The notes under the pieces are model-generated. The model searched no databases, was not told the DNA's origin, and saw only the letters and a list, made by a program, of their open reading frames with translations. Positions 9,547-19,977 of a stretch of DNA of 64,000 nucleotides are shown one piece after another; positions within the stretch are counted from its first letter, which is position 1, and every line of letters starts with the position of its first letter. The stretch lies in the sequence record MW812341.1. One strand, written 5' to 3'. Position numbers and translations under genes: made by a program.

Positions 9547-10284
9547 TTATTGATCCATTAGATGGATGACATTTTCATTGAGACGACATAAGCTAACGAC
9601 CTGTCCTCGTGGAATGGTTTCATTAGCGTAACTTGATTTAATCATGAACGGGGCAAGCCAGTAGAATTCATCATCTGCATTGCTGAGATGCGGATAGAAT
9701 GAACTGGTGCTGTGATTCCCTTCCCAAGGCGCGGTATGCATCACCTGGAAATCGCCTTCCTGAATACCGTAGACTTTGTCCCCAGCATCCCACATGTTGT
9801 TTGCGCCCACGTACGGTTCGTACCAGATGCCGACAACGCCGTAATTCCCCACGATACCATTCAGACTTTCCCACGACCGTGTGAGCTGTGCAGTGACCGC
9901 AGCCAGAAACTCTGGCGCAATCATGTACTCGATAAGGTAATGAAAAAATTCAAACATCAGACCCTCAAGACGCTCCATGTTGACATTGGGCATCTCGGGG
10001 TCTTCAAACGAATACGTATCCATATAGTCGTTGTAATCGTAAATCACATAGTTCAGGTCAAAGGGGCGTCTTACATTAACCGCCTGCACCATCTCGTCAA
10101 TTGAACGGGTAAACGTCTCCATTATAATGAAGACGCTGTCCATGTAGAATGTATCGACGAGATGTTTTTCGTGCAAACCCTCACCAAGATGCCCGAGTTG
10201 AAAACCGGGCCATAGCTGGTCGAACAGCTGCCGGAAGAAATCCAGATTGTACCGTCGTAATTCAGGTACCTCTATGGTAAGCAT
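9547..10284 (-). CDS. Acidic hypothetical protein (245 aa)
   Basis: SD AAGGAG; early-type promoter just upstream. Confidence 0.75.
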   Translation of the reverse strand: MLTIEVPELRRYNLDFFRQLFDQLWPGFQLGHLGEGLHEKHLVDTFYMDSVFIIMETFTRSIDEMVQAVNVRRPFDLNYVIYDYNDYMDTYSFEDPEMPNVNMERLEGLMFEFFHYLIEYMIAPEFLAAVTAQLTRSWESLNGIVGNYGVVGIWYEPYVGANNMWDAGDKVYGIQEGDFQVMHTAPWEGNHSTSSFYPHLSNADDEFYWLAPFMIKSSYANETIPRGQVVSLCRLNENVIHLMDQ

Positions 10285-10312
10285 TTGATACTCCTTCTGA
10301 ACACATCACCAA

Positions 10313-10330
10313 GATAATATCTATCTCAGA
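10313..10330 (-). promoter_or_regulatory. Early-type phage promoter motif
   Basis: Minus strand TCTGAGATAGATATTATC, overlapping the stop codon of the upstream gene. Confidence 0.55.
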
Positions 10331-11084
10331 GATTTTTGAGTTGTTCTATTACCTCAGGCTTCAAGGCATATAGTTCAACTCCCGGATCTTCATCCGAATC
10401 TTGGTCGTCAGGATCGAGTATATAACGTGCAGCATAATCGTACATCACATAGCTGTCGTTCTGGAACAGGAAACCGTACGGCGTTTCTGCTATCTCCTTA
10501 CGGATACCATCGATAGAAGGTGCCTCGGCTTTCCAGTCGTAGTCAGTGTAACTCAGTACAGGGAGAATAACCCGCCCGTTCAGCAACTGCTGGGTCAGGG
10601 ACTCCCATGTGACGTAGACCACCGAGTCATTATCCCAGCCTGGGAAACGATCATCGGAATATCCGAGTCGATACATCTCGTCGACAAACTGTGTGGTGAA
10701 CCATTTGATGGCCGCATTTAACAACGGTGACATTTTCAGTTCACGACAATGGGCATCATACATCTCCATGATGGTGAACATCCCAGCGTTACCCGATTCA
10801 CACCAAGCTTTATACTTAGGCGTCGGGATTCGTGGGAGTTCCACCTCGGGATGGTGAATGTAATCATAGCGCGCATTGGTCGCCGCAAGCGCATCAAGGA
10901 TAAGCCGGGCAACTACCCCGGCCATACCTTCACGACTCACCGCATCATGATCGAAGTTAGGGATAGCGTTACCTACCCCACACTCTGCGCTATTGGTCAC
11001 CCACGTTTTGTACGCATACTCTTTCATCGCTTCCATCAATGTTTGACTGTGCATCGTCAACGTTTCACTGATGAGTTTTATCAC
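10326..11084 (-). CDS. Acidic hypothetical protein (252 aa)
   Basis: ORF coupled to the RNase H gene. Confidence 0.75.
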   Translation of the reverse strand: MIKLISETLTMHSQTLMEAMKEYAYKTWVTNSAECGVGNAIPNFDHDAVSREGMAGVVARLILDALAATNARYDYIHHPEVELPRIPTPKYKAWCESGNAGMFTIMEMYDAHCRELKMSPLLNAAIKWFTTQFVDEMYRLGYSDDRFPGWDNDSVVYVTWESLTQQLLNGRVILPVLSYTDYDWKAEAPSIDGIRKEIAETPYGFLFQNDSYVMYDYAARYILDPDDQDSDEDPGVELYALKPEVIEQLKNL

Positions 11085-12607
11085 ACCTCTTCCTCCTGCA
11101 AGATACGCTTATTCGCGTAGTAGCCACACCACAGGCCGTGATGCTGCTCACCGATGTAAACTACTGCATATTCGACACAACGCTCCTGTGTGCGTCGTGT
11201 AGCGACGTAGTAGCGTCCCTTAGGCTCTTTGATACGGTTCAGTTCCGTACGGCCAGGAATGTCGGTACCACGCGTCAGAATTACCGGGATAGTCTTCTCG
11301 GTATGTGCGTAGCCCACCTTCACACTGAACGAACGGTCAACGGTACGGTAGAAGTCTTTACGGGGCTTACCGTTCTCGTCAAACAGCAAATCGGTAATGT
11401 CGTTCAACACCACATCACGCTGACCTTCGATAGAATCACGTAACCAACCTGCCAACTCATCGCGAATCTCCAACGCACGATACGACAGCAACGCTGGTCG
11501 TAACAGACGGGTGATTAACAAATCGTCGAACATGCAAACGTTACGGTCGTCACTCAACGGCATGTGACTTAACGGCAACCCATCCTTCGCCGCTTCAACA
11601 AACTTCTTACGTTTAATGAAGTCGTTGTACACGATGGCCATTGGATCAAAACGCTGGAGACGAGGAACACCTTCCCAAGCACGGTCACAGTGCGTGTTCA
11701 CCAAAGTGTAGACATTATCCCAGCCGTCTTTGTTAAAGAAGACCGCAAACTGTGCGTCGGGAATCATCTTACCAATGAAGACCACGTCGTCCTTGTTCTT
11801 TGCGTGGTTACCGCCGAACATATACTTCCAGGACTCACCGTTAACTGTCACTTCCGGATGTGGCTCGTTTACCATCGGGTAACAGAACTTCACCGTGGAG
11901 GTCAGGAGTGGGAAATCGGTAATCCCTGCTGCCAATGATTCTTCTGGCCCCTCAAGGGTCAGTTCCTCAGGCAACTCTTCGGTTGACCAGTAAGGACGGT
12001 ACTCAATCCCTTTACCTGCTGCAACCATTGCTGATGCTTTACCTGCCATCTGGTCGGCACGCTCGTTACCGTAATGTCCTGCATGGCCTTTAATCTTGAC
12101 CACACGAACGCTACGACCTTCGGTGTGCATACGGTCTTTGATTTCACTAATCTTGATAATCAAATCCCGGTTGCCAATTGGACTACCGTCAGCCTTCGTC
12201 CAACTCTTTTTCTTCCAGTTGTCAATCCACAGGTTCCAGGCATTTACCAGATAAGACGCATCGACGTAGACGATATAGTTCTTAGCACGGAATGGCGCGG
12301 ATTCAAACAGCGTGATAAACGCAGTCAGCTCAGCCACGTCAGACCAGAAGTGTGCAGGTACCGGAATAAAGGCATCCACGAACTCTACCGAGTCAGGAAC
12401 ATCCGGAACTTTCACATCCTGCGGAAACTTCTTGTAGCCAACCGTCGTGACGTGCTCTGTGGCACCGTTGTAACGGTAGGCCATGTTGTCGTCGATTACA
12501 CCGTGATTAAATAGATAGCCGTGAATCCCCGCGCCGGTACCGGGCGGGGTGTTCAGGTGACTACCATCGGTGTAGATGATTGCAACATCTACATCTTTGA
12601 TGTCCAT
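11081..12607 (-). CDS. rnhA: Ribonuclease HI with long C-terminal extension
   Basis: IIYTDGS, VAELTAF, VDASYL..W..NW, KIKGHAGHYGNERADQMA: the RNase HI catalytic D/E/D/H/D pattern. Confidence 0.9.
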   Translation of the reverse strand: MDIKDVDVAIIYTDGSHLNTPPGTGAGIHGYLFNHGVIDDNMAYRYNGATEHVTTVGYKKFPQDVKVPDVPDSVEFVDAFIPVPAHFWSDVAELTAFITLFESAPFRAKNYIVYVDASYLVNAWNLWIDNWKKKSWTKADGSPIGNRDLIIKISEIKDRMHTEGRSVRVVKIKGHAGHYGNERADQMAGKASAMVAAGKGIEYRPYWSTEELPEELTLEGPEESLAAGITDFPLLTSTVKFCYPMVNEPHPEVTVNGESWKYMFGGNHAKNKDDVVFIGKMIPDAQFAVFFNKDGWDNVYTLVNTHCDRAWEGVPRLQRFDPMAIVYNDFIKRKKFVEAAKDGLPLSHMPLSDDRNVCMFDDLLITRLLRPALLSYRALEIRDELAGWLRDSIEGQRDVVLNDITDLLFDENGKPRKDFYRTVDRSFSVKVGYAHTEKTIPVILTRGTDIPGRTELNRIKEPKGRYYVATRRTQERCVEYAVVYIGEQHHGLWCGYYANKRILQEEEV

Positions 12608-13374
12608 TATGCCTCTCTTAAAAATTCCATAGGGGCGTATTCACCGGTACAGATTTGATGATGTGCTTCAACCATACGTTCAAACCCGTGACGCTTGCCA
12701 ATCAATGCCAGGTGATAGATACGTGCCGTGACATAACCTTCACGCGCAGCATCATAACCAGCATGGTGTAAATACGCTTCCTTACCACGAGTCCAGTTGT
12801 GAGACTCTGCTTCATAGTTTGGTTCCAGACCCATAGCCGCCGCAATACGCTCAGCAGTGCGGTCAGAGTCCAGCATAGAGAAACGACGCAGAATACTGGT
12901 CGGGACATCACACTGAGCAAATGCGTTCATCAGAACTGGAGCATCGAAGTCTGGGCCACGCATAGTCAGTGTAACGTTCTTGTTACCTGCTTTGAATCCT
13001 TCAAGGAACTTATAAGCAGCCCACAACACTTCTGGCATCTTCATGGTGCCGGAGAATGCTTCTTTATACGCTTCTGGCGATGGTGCGTATGCAGGGTTGT
13101 CACCTTCCCCGCGCCACCAGGCCATTGTGCCTGGGTCTTCATGGAAGATAGCCTTAGCCTTTTCATCATTCGGATCGATGGTTTGATAGAACGCACCGAT
13201 AAGACGCAGGGTGGCCACGTCCCAAGCTGCCATTCCCAGAGCAATCGGGTAGGCATCGGAACGCATGGATTTGGTTTCGGCATCGACACCGATGACGATT
13301 ACGGGAACACGTACAGGTGCTGCTTCGTAGATTGAAGGCGTGCGTTGGCTGCCTACAGCGATGTCAGTGGACAT
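12607..13374 (-). CDS. DEDDh 3'-5' exonuclease (DnaQ/DexA-like)
   Basis: ExoI GVDAET, ExoII RGPDFDAPVL, ExoIII HHAGYDA. Confidence 0.85.
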   Translation of the reverse strand: MSTDIAVGSQRTPSIYEAAPVRVPVIVIGVDAETKSMRSDAYPIALGMAAWDVATLRLIGAFYQTIDPNDEKAKAIFHEDPGTMAWWRGEGDNPAYAPSPEAYKEAFSGTMKMPEVLWAAYKFLEGFKAGNKNVTLTMRGPDFDAPVLMNAFAQCDVPTSILRRFSMLDSDRTAERIAAAMGLEPNYEAESHNWTRGKEAYLHHAGYDAAREGYVTARIYHLALIGKRHGFERMVEAHHQICTGEYAPMEFLREA

Positions 13375-13396
13375 GTGAACTCTCCTTTTGGGTATA

Positions 13397-13422
13397 CATT
13401 AGAATGGTTGGTGCTGTAAAAA
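13397..13422 (-). promoter_or_regulatory. Bipartite middle-type promoter TTTTTACA-N14-AATG
   Basis: Counted spacing; upstream of the exonuclease/RNase H genes; overlaps the terminator tail. Confidence 0.55.
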
Positions 13423-13454
13423 TAAAGCACCTCACTACCCGAAGGTAGTGAGGT
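13416..13454 (-). terminator. Intrinsic terminator
   Basis: ACCTCACTACC-CGAA-GGTAGTGAGGT hairpin (UUCG loop on minus strand), followed by a T-rich tail. Confidence 0.75.
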
Positions 13455-13461
13455 AACTCTC

Positions 13462-13938
13462 TCAGTTAATGCAAGTGGCATAATGTGCTTCAAGTGCGCG
13501 CGAAAACGCCGTTCTATCTTGGCGATAATTACCGAGAAGTCGTTTCAATTGCGTTGCCAGATCCCGGCTGATATCCTGAGGATTTCGTGCGGTCTCTGAC
13601 AGTTCTACTTTAATCGGAACCTGATTCAACGTGCCAACTTCGAAACGTTCACAAATGGGAGCCGGTTGAGGGATTCGCCAGTTGCGCATTTTCGCATAGT
13701 CGTTGAGGTTCCGAGCGTAGACGAACACGTAATAAGCATACGCATTCACTTCGGAGATGTAGGTCTGAAAACCGGGGTCTTCTGTTGACCGTATCCCCAT
13801 TTGCAATGTCGGTGGAGACTCCAAGTTACGCAGAGGCCATACAGAGGCCGTGCTTGCGCTCTTGCTACCATCAATAACCATGCCACTGCAAGCCACCAGT
13901 AATAGTGTCATGCAGAGTAACAGGGCTTTCATCTTCAC
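13462..13938 (-). CDS. Lipoprotein, candidate o-spanin
   Basis: Lipobox LLVAC followed by SG; Pro-rich; ATGA overlap with the upstream membrane gene. Confidence 0.6.
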   Translation of the reverse strand: MKMKALLLCMTLLLVACSGMVIDGSKSASTASVWPLRNLESPPTLQMGIRSTEDPGFQTYISEVNAYAYYVFVYARNLNDYAKMRNWRIPQPAPICERFEVGTLNQVPIKVELSETARNPQDISRDLATQLKRLLGNYRQDRTAFSRALEAHYATCIN

Positions 13939-14438
13939 TCCTCGTTAAGATTTTTAAGAATCTCCATACGGAACTTATTCATGTCGATAGGGCCGACAGG
14001 TTTATTCGCCACGGTTTCCTTTTTCGTGGGCGATGGCGAAGCATGTATTGGAGCTTCAGGCGCAGTCACTGGAGCCGCAGGCATATCCGGTTGTTTCTGA
14101 GCGTGCCCACTGCCACTTTCATATGGCGGCCGACTGCTTAGACATTCGAATATACGCGCGTAAAGCGCTCGTAACTCGTCAGCTTGCAAGTTCAAAGTTT
14201 TATCTTTGTCGTTGGACTGACGTTCCATGTACTGGTCATGCTCACGCACTTGTACCAGAGAGTGGTATTGAACCACGTATGCATAGGAAACAAACATCGA
14301 ATAAGTCAACAGCAAAACAAAGGCGAGTGTAGTAATTTTACCGACGCGGGTGACTCTCTCACCATCGCCCGGCTGAAAGGCTTCCAGAATTATCTGTAGA
14401 AATGGAAGTAGTTTAACGATTCCAGCTATCATGCTCAC
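13935..14438 (-). CDS. Inner-membrane protein, candidate i-spanin
   Basis: TM segment ITTLAFVLLLTYSMFVSYAYVV, then a coiled-coil-like helix and a Pro-rich tail. Confidence 0.55.
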   Translation of the reverse strand: MSMIAGIVKLLPFLQIILEAFQPGDGERVTRVGKITTLAFVLLLTYSMFVSYAYVVQYHSLVQVREHDQYMERQSNDKDKTLNLQADELRALYARIFECLSSRPPYESGSGHAQKQPDMPAAPVTAPEAPIHASPSPTKKETVANKPVGPIDMNKFRMEILKNLNEE

Positions 14439-14455
14439 CTCGGAGTTTTCTTATA

Positions 14456-15817
14456 ATGTTAGATATACAAGGCTTTATCAATATTACAGCGCTGACTGAT
14501 AATGATGCCGAAGGTGCGGTTGCTCCCGTCGGCGAATTGTCTGAGCTGTCCAAGTCCTTTGCGAAGAACAAACAAGTCTTCACGAAGGCGAACCTCCAGG
14601 TCGAACTCGTAGCTTTTACTTACCTTCGTGACACGGTAAAGGTAAAAGTTCCGGCGAACTTCACCGACCACATTTTAGCACTTACCCAATGGGTTTACAA
14701 TCAGTCCATTCTGGGTAACTTCAAAAACGATGAGACCGAGTTTCAACGTCTGTTAGTAGGACAGTATCAGAATACCATCAGCGCCGTTTCTACTGGAGCA
14801 ATGATCCAGATGAACGGAAACTGGTTTCCACGCTGGATAAGCTGGAAATATGAAGTCGCTGCCGGTCAGGTAGAAAACCCAGCCGACAGTGATAACCAAA
14901 TCATGGTTTGGTTTGCTGATGAAGATTTTAGTCAGGACTATACCGGATGGGAGATTGAGGTGTTAATGCCCATTCTTCCGGTAGATACCTTCATGGCGGT
15001 CAAGTCTATTGTTGAAATTGCCATGTCGGGTTTCAACCTTCCGGACCACCATAAAAAGGCGAACGAGATTCGAGGCGAGTACCCGTACACCTCCATTTTG
15101 ACCAACGAATACACCTGGCACGATCGTGAGGATTACAACTCCACAATGATCATACCGATGTCGTTGCTCATCTATGGCCGCGCGGGTATGAACCCAAGCA
15201 GAATCAAACAAGCATTACGAGAGTATATTTTAGCGAACTCGAATAACGGTGTTATCGAGTGGGTGAAAGTGTTCCCGGAAATCTTTACCACAACCAAGTT
15301 CACCATCGTTCCTGGTTGGTGTATCCGTGGAATCCCTAACCAGGAAGATATCGCAGCACAATACTCTCCGCTCCTCCCATATGATTTCCAGGTGAAGGCT
15401 ATCTCAACCTTCGGTGCTTGGGAGACACTGACTGCTGTCCAGAAAAACAACAACGAAGTTCCGATGCCGGAAACCGATGTTTGTGAACTGCCGTCTGTGT
15501 ATAAATCGCTGGGAGCTGTGGCTATCGCCGGTACTGAAAATGATACACGCAAAGCAACCTTGCATGACATCATTCCAGACTACGCGTTAATCGGTACAAC
15601 CAACCCAGATATTGCTCGTATGTCGAAGACGACCAGCGAGTGGGTTGACCTGTACTTCCGCGCAATGATTGCTGCCGAAGAATACCATCCGTATAACACT
15701 TCACTGGATATCGTGAAGTTGGTGGACGATGAAAATCCGGCCATCTATTACTGGGTGTTTGAATTCGACAACGTAGAGTTCCGCGTGCTGGCTCGTAAAG
15801 CCGTCTGGCAGAGCTGA
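14456..15817 (+). CDS. Probable virion structural protein (phiKZ gp157-like)
   Basis: 453 aa; function inferred from synteny only. Confidence 0.6.
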   Translation: MLDIQGFINITALTDNDAEGAVAPVGELSELSKSFAKNKQVFTKANLQVELVAFTYLRDTVKVKVPANFTDHILALTQWVYNQSILGNFKNDETEFQRLLVGQYQNTISAVSTGAMIQMNGNWFPRWISWKYEVAAGQVENPADSDNQIMVWFADEDFSQDYTGWEIEVLMPILPVDTFMAVKSIVEIAMSGFNLPDHHKKANEIRGEYPYTSILTNEYTWHDREDYNSTMIIPMSLLIYGRAGMNPSRIKQALREYILANSNNGVIEWVKVFPEIFTTTKFTIVPGWCIRGIPNQEDIAAQYSPLLPYDFQVKAISTFGAWETLTAVQKNNNEVPMPETDVCELPSVYKSLGAVAIAGTENDTRKATLHDIIPDYALIGTTNPDIARMSKTTSEWVDLYFRAMIAAEEYHPYNTSLDIVKLVDDENPAIYYWVFEFDNVEFRVLARKAVWQS

Positions 15818-15826
15818 GGAGGCTAA

Positions 15827-16444
15827 ATGCGTTTCCCATTAACGCCACCGGAGAACACGGAAGGTTCGTTCGTCACGAACACACCGTTTGAGGTTCCGGT
15901 TGACGTGGTCTACCGTTTAGAAGCCATTCGTACTTTCCCGGAACTGAAACGTGCCGGGATTGATGTGTTCTCTGAATACTACGAACCGGCTGGATTGGCT
16001 CGCCAGGATTATCTGGACGATGCCGATATGGATGCGGCGATACTGACCTTCAAATCCACTGACGGTGAGATTCGTTTCATCCCCAACACCTTCCTCGAAA
16101 GCTATCCGGGACAGTCTACACTTGATTACCGTCGCAATGTGATTGTAATTGACTGTGGCCCAACGCCTGGTTACGTGGATGTGGATAAGCTCTCCGCTGA
16201 CCTCGGTACATTGGTCACGGGAACGATTGGTGTTAAGACAACACCAGAGGTAACGGTACTGGAGTTCGAAGGTGTTATCACCGAAGAAGACCACGTCCGT
16301 ATGGAAGCACTGCGTAAGCAGAACATCCGTAATACCACGCCGCTCTCAGAGCAGGTCTACACCCTGACTCAGCGCAATAACGAGTTAGAGACACTCAATG
16401 CTCAGCTGATTGAGATTCTGAAAGCGAACGGTTTGTCGAATTAA
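15827..16444 (+). CDS. Conserved hypothetical protein with C-terminal coiled coil
   Basis: 205 aa; SD GGAGG. Confidence 0.7.
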   Translation: MRFPLTPPENTEGSFVTNTPFEVPVDVVYRLEAIRTFPELKRAGIDVFSEYYEPAGLARQDYLDDADMDAAILTFKSTDGEIRFIPNTFLESYPGQSTLDYRRNVIVIDCGPTPGYVDVDKLSADLGTLVTGTIGVKTTPEVTVLEFEGVITEEDHVRMEALRKQNIRNTTPLSEQVYTLTQRNNELETLNAQLIEILKANGLSN

Positions 16445-16493
16445 AAAAAGAAAGCTACCCACTCCTTTACGGGAGTGGGTAGTACCTTTTATT
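16443..16493. terminator. Bidirectional intrinsic terminator
   Basis: CTACCCACTCC-loop-GGAGTGGGTAG flanked by A- and T-runs. Confidence 0.8.
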
Positions 16494-17460
16494 TCTTCGC
16501 GTTGAGCACAGCCAAGATATTTTCCAGGTGACGTGGAATAATTTCATTGAGTGCTTTCTGCGTACGCTTCTTAGGAGACAGGGCCATCACTTCGGTTAAC
16601 AGATCGTTGAACTGAATGGTACCCTGAATCTTGAGTGCGGCTGCCAACGTTTCTTTATCCGCCTCGGTAGTCTGGTTGGTAGGAATACGCCCACGCAGAT
16701 CTTCATTAAGCTTATTAGCCAGCACCAACGCTTCGATAATATCGTTCACGTTGTACGGGTATGGCTGTTGTTCCAGACCCAACGATTCGGACAAGTCCTG
16801 GTCGATGTAGGTGCTTTTCAGGCTATCCGCTGTATTCAGTTCCAGTGGACTTGAGTCCTGGTTCATTATACGTTGGAATTCCATCGGGATTGGACCGCTG
16901 TCGATGTTTGACAGGATTTTACCCGCACCTTTCCAGCTGTTGATAATCCAGGTTACTGTGCCGCCGGAAATCAGTACGTTATCATGACGCAATGCACCAG
17001 GTCTGCGGGATGCCGTATCTAAGTCGAACGGGATACTGATTTCACCGTGCGGAATAGCATAACGATCACCGGATGCAACGATATGATAATTACCTTCATC
17101 ATCCAAGATAACCACGTTCCACGGATTGGTGTTGTAACCAGAAAGGAACAACGCGCGTCCTTGTTCAGGCTGCGGTTCCGGCAGGACGAACATATGACCA
17201 TCCATCGTCATGGTACGATTGCGACCATCCACTACGATTTGTAAAAACGGGACCGGGAAGACGCGCTCAATCTGCGTATGCATCATAGCAGAGAACTCGT
17301 AATCCGTAATGTGGTTCGAACCGTTACGTTTACGTTGCAACAACTGGCTCAGCGCCGCCAGTGCATTCAGATTGGTCTGATAGAAACGGTCATTCAGAGC
17401 GAGTGCGATAGTTTTGATAATTTCACGAGTAAACATTGGATAATCCTTATTAATAATCAA
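16489..17460 (-). CDS. Hypothetical protein (323 aa)
   Basis: ORF track; coupled to the upstream gene. Confidence 0.75.
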   Translation of the reverse strand: MIINKDYPMFTREIIKTIALALNDRFYQTNLNALAALSQLLQRKRNGSNHITDYEFSAMMHTQIERVFPVPFLQIVVDGRNRTMTMDGHMFVLPEPQPEQGRALFLSGYNTNPWNVVILDDEGNYHIVASGDRYAIPHGEISIPFDLDTASRRPGALRHDNVLISGGTVTWIINSWKGAGKILSNIDSGPIPMEFQRIMNQDSSPLELNTADSLKSTYIDQDLSESLGLEQQPYPYNVNDIIEALVLANKLNEDLRGRIPTNQTTEADKETLAAALKIQGTIQFNDLLTEVMALSPKKRTQKALNEIIPRHLENILAVLNAKK

Positions 17461-18041
17461 CGGTAGTTAGAATAGAAAGCACGGAATTCAAACGGGTACT
17501 CATTGAAGAAAGACCAGGCTTCTTTAGGGAGAATGCTCCAGCCGCCTTCTTGATACATGGCACAGAGAATGCCACCTATAACATCATTACTGAGCACCCT
17601 CGGTGGGAACCGTGGAATATGATCACCATTCCCTAGAACAGTCGCAGGTTTACTACTGGCGACGATAACCGACCAGGAGATCTTCTTACCGTGGGTCTTC
17701 ATCAACTCCTTACCATAGCCAATCAGCGAGTACACATCGTCTGATGTCAGGACAGATTTCTTCGCCCAGCGGATACGCAGCCAACCCCGCCACGCAAATG
17801 CCAAGCACGGGGTGCAGATAACCGTCTCGAGCAAGGCTAAACCCATCCCGTCGTCGGGAGTACGGTCAAGGTACAGGTTCAGCAAGGAGAACAAACCGAA
17901 CCAGAATATCGCCGAGACCAGAAAACTAAAGGCCAGCAGAACAGGGAACAGATAACGGGTGGCCAGTTTGCCACGGAAAGTATTGCCAGTGGGTGTCCAA
18001 GCGACAATCTTATCAATGATAATGTCAGGTAGTACGGGCAT
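17457..18041 (-). CDS. Two-TM membrane protein
   Basis: YLFPVLLAFSFLVSAIFWFGLFSLL and MGLALLETVICTPCLAFAW. Confidence 0.7.
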   Translation of the reverse strand: MPVLPDIIIDKIVAWTPTGNTFRGKLATRYLFPVLLAFSFLVSAIFWFGLFSLLNLYLDRTPDDGMGLALLETVICTPCLAFAWRGWLRIRWAKKSVLTSDDVYSLIGYGKELMKTHGKKISWSVIVASSKPATVLGNGDHIPRFPPRVLSNDVIGGILCAMYQEGGWSILPKEAWSFFNEYPFEFRAFYSNYR

Positions 18042-18087
18042 GTGAGTGCTCCAGTTGTGTAGTCAAAAGACTGATTCAATACGTAAA

Positions 18088-18588
18088 TTATACCCAACCC
18101 ATGATGTGAAATTCTTTCGGGTTGTTCCAGCGAAACTCTGTAGCTTCGGGTGGTAACCATCTTGAACTTGTTTGCTTGAGATGTGCTTGTATTACCGCCG
18201 CGTGCGCAAACTCGTAGGAAATGGCAGGATGGTTCTCCTTCAACCCCAATGCGTATTTTTGAATATCGCCCCAGGAAATCTTTTTCGGTGCTCCTGACAC
18301 GATAGATTCACCTGCATACTTCCAGGTCTTCAGAGTGGTTTCTTTTATAGGACATTCGTTGACCCACTCTCCTATCATGCAGTTGTACATTCCGGCCATG
18401 GGTATTGCCATCAGCAAACCAACACAGCCGATACAGACTGCCACAACACCACCTGGGTCCTCGTCAGTAAACACCAGACCTATCACGACCAACAACCATG
18501 CAACTATCTGCATATCGACGATACCCGTAAGGAACGGCTCGTACATTCGTAATAGCCTAAACTTTTTCCACATGTTTGGATTTCCCAT
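18088..18588 (-). CDS. Two-TM membrane protein
   Basis: IVAWLLVVIGLVF and GVVAVCIGCVGLLMAIPM; ISW motif shared with 17457..18041. Confidence 0.7.
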   Translation of the reverse strand: MGNPNMWKKFRLLRMYEPFLTGIVDMQIVAWLLVVIGLVFTDEDPGGVVAVCIGCVGLLMAIPMAGMYNCMIGEWVNECPIKETTLKTWKYAGESIVSGAPKKISWGDIQKYALGLKENHPAISYEFAHAAVIQAHLKQTSSRWLPPEATEFRWNNPKEFHIMGWV

Positions 18589-18628
18589 TAAAATTAAAGG
18601 AGCCAGACCCGAAGGTCTGGCTAGGGTA

Positions 18629-19156
18629 TTACTTTTCGAAGAACGGCTGGTTTGGAATCACTTTCGTTTCGATGACGAAGAGTTGTTCCGGTGCCGTATC
18701 AAGTCGCCAGATTTTGTGAGTGATAGCGAGCTTGCCGAGAATGGTCAGGAAGGAACGTTGACAGTAAGTCACATCGCCCAACCACAGTTCTTGCAGTTTC
18801 ACCGTTACTGCCATGTACGCTTCTTTGAAGGTCATTTCAGTATTGTACGGTTCGGAATGTCGCCAGGTGAGAACCTGCCCATCTTCCGTATCGCTGATAG
18901 CTGGACGGAGTCCACAAATCCACAGCAGAGAAAGGTTGATGTTCCAGTCGAACTCCAGACCTTCATCTTCATCATCACCGAACGCACTGTTCAGTGCGTC
19001 GTAGAACTCATGCTTGGTAGCAAAGTCCTCGCGAGTCGCCATTTCCCCAGTTTCGGGATCGGCGGTCGACTGTAAAACCAATGACAGTACATCTTCGGCT
19101 GTCAGTTGGGCTGCTTTACATAATCCTGGATACCAGGGTTGCGTGACGATGTTCAA
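18629..19156 (-). CDS. Acidic hypothetical protein (175 aa)
   Basis: TTG start with SD AGGAG; followed by a CCAGACC-CGAA-GGTCTGG hairpin. Confidence 0.7.
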   Translation of the reverse strand: MNIVTQPWYPGLCKAAQLTAEDVLSLVLQSTADPETGEMATREDFATKHEFYDALNSAFGDDEDEGLEFDWNINLSLLWICGLRPAISDTEDGQVLTWRHSEPYNTEMTFKEAYMAVTVKLQELWLGDVTYCQRSFLTILGKLAITHKIWRLDTAPEQLFVIETKVIPNQPFFEK

Positions 19157-19886
19157 GGTTCGCTCCTATATTGATGTTATTGGCGGCCAGTGCACTCGGG
19201 TTCGTAACAGGTGCGTACGTACCGTAAAGTGTGTGCCAGATTTGTTGAATATCAATGACCTTCTCAGTGTCATCTGTCTTCACAAAAGCAAGCTGTTTAG
19301 GGGTCTCTGCGGTGACCACAGGTTCTACCAGTGCGCTGTAAAAAGAAGCATCGCGTTTAAACTGACGCATCTCTCTGGCTCCACGGGGAGACTTCTTCTT
19401 AATCATGGTATACGCAGTACCCTCACCGAATCGGTAACCAAGATAAATCTCGGCATTAGTCGGCTTGCGTTTGAGTCGTCTTTCGAGTTCACCCTCAATG
19501 TGGTTGAGATAAGCAGTAGCTAACAGAATAGCATTGCGGGGATTATTCAGATCGGCATTCTTAGACAGCCCTAGCTGTTTGCCGTACAACCTGAGCATGG
19601 AGCGCTTAGTGGGCATCGTCATTTGCACCAGACTGTGAGCGCTGCTACCTTCTTTATTCTTCGCCTTCGGTTCGAAGCGGGATTCCTTATAGATGAGAGT
19701 AGTCATCAGGCCAGCATGAACACCCTGCTGTGCTGAAATTTTCTCAATCATCGGTTTGACTTTCACAAACTTGTGTTCGATTTTGGCGAACTCTTTACTG
19801 TAGTCGTTCTTGGCAGAGGTGGATTTTGATGCGTGTGCATTAAATGTCAACAGTGCTGCCAGAATAAGAAAAATGGTACGAAACAT
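19116..19886 (-). CDS. Secreted lytic transglycosylase (SLT/GH23)
   Basis: Signal peptide ending NAHA; catalytic IYKESRF; SAHSLVQM; IYLGYRFGEG. Confidence 0.85.
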   Translation of the reverse strand: MFRTIFLILAALLTFNAHASKSTSAKNDYSKEFAKIEHKFVKVKPMIEKISAQQGVHAGLMTTLIYKESRFEPKAKNKEGSSAHSLVQMTMPTKRSMLRLYGKQLGLSKNADLNNPRNAILLATAYLNHIEGELERRLKRKPTNAEIYLGYRFGEGTAYTMIKKKSPRGAREMRQFKRDASFYSALVEPVVTAETPKQLAFVKTDDTEKVIDIQQIWHTLYGTYAPVTNPSALAANNINIGANLEHRHATLVSRIM

Positions 19887-19977
19887 GATCGAATCTCCGG
19901 ATGGATGTATACTTTTCCGTCTCTCACCACGAGAGCACGGCGCGGACAGCGATTGACTCCTTGTTAAGTGCCCAATA

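Noticed and set aside
18335-19075. 246-aa plus-strand ORF
   Set aside because: Antisense shadow across two minus-strand genes and a terminator
19930-19965. Strong SD (AAGGAG) downstream of the early promoter with no start codon
   Set aside because: Followed by ATC and a stop within 10 codons; could be a gene remnant but cannot be supported
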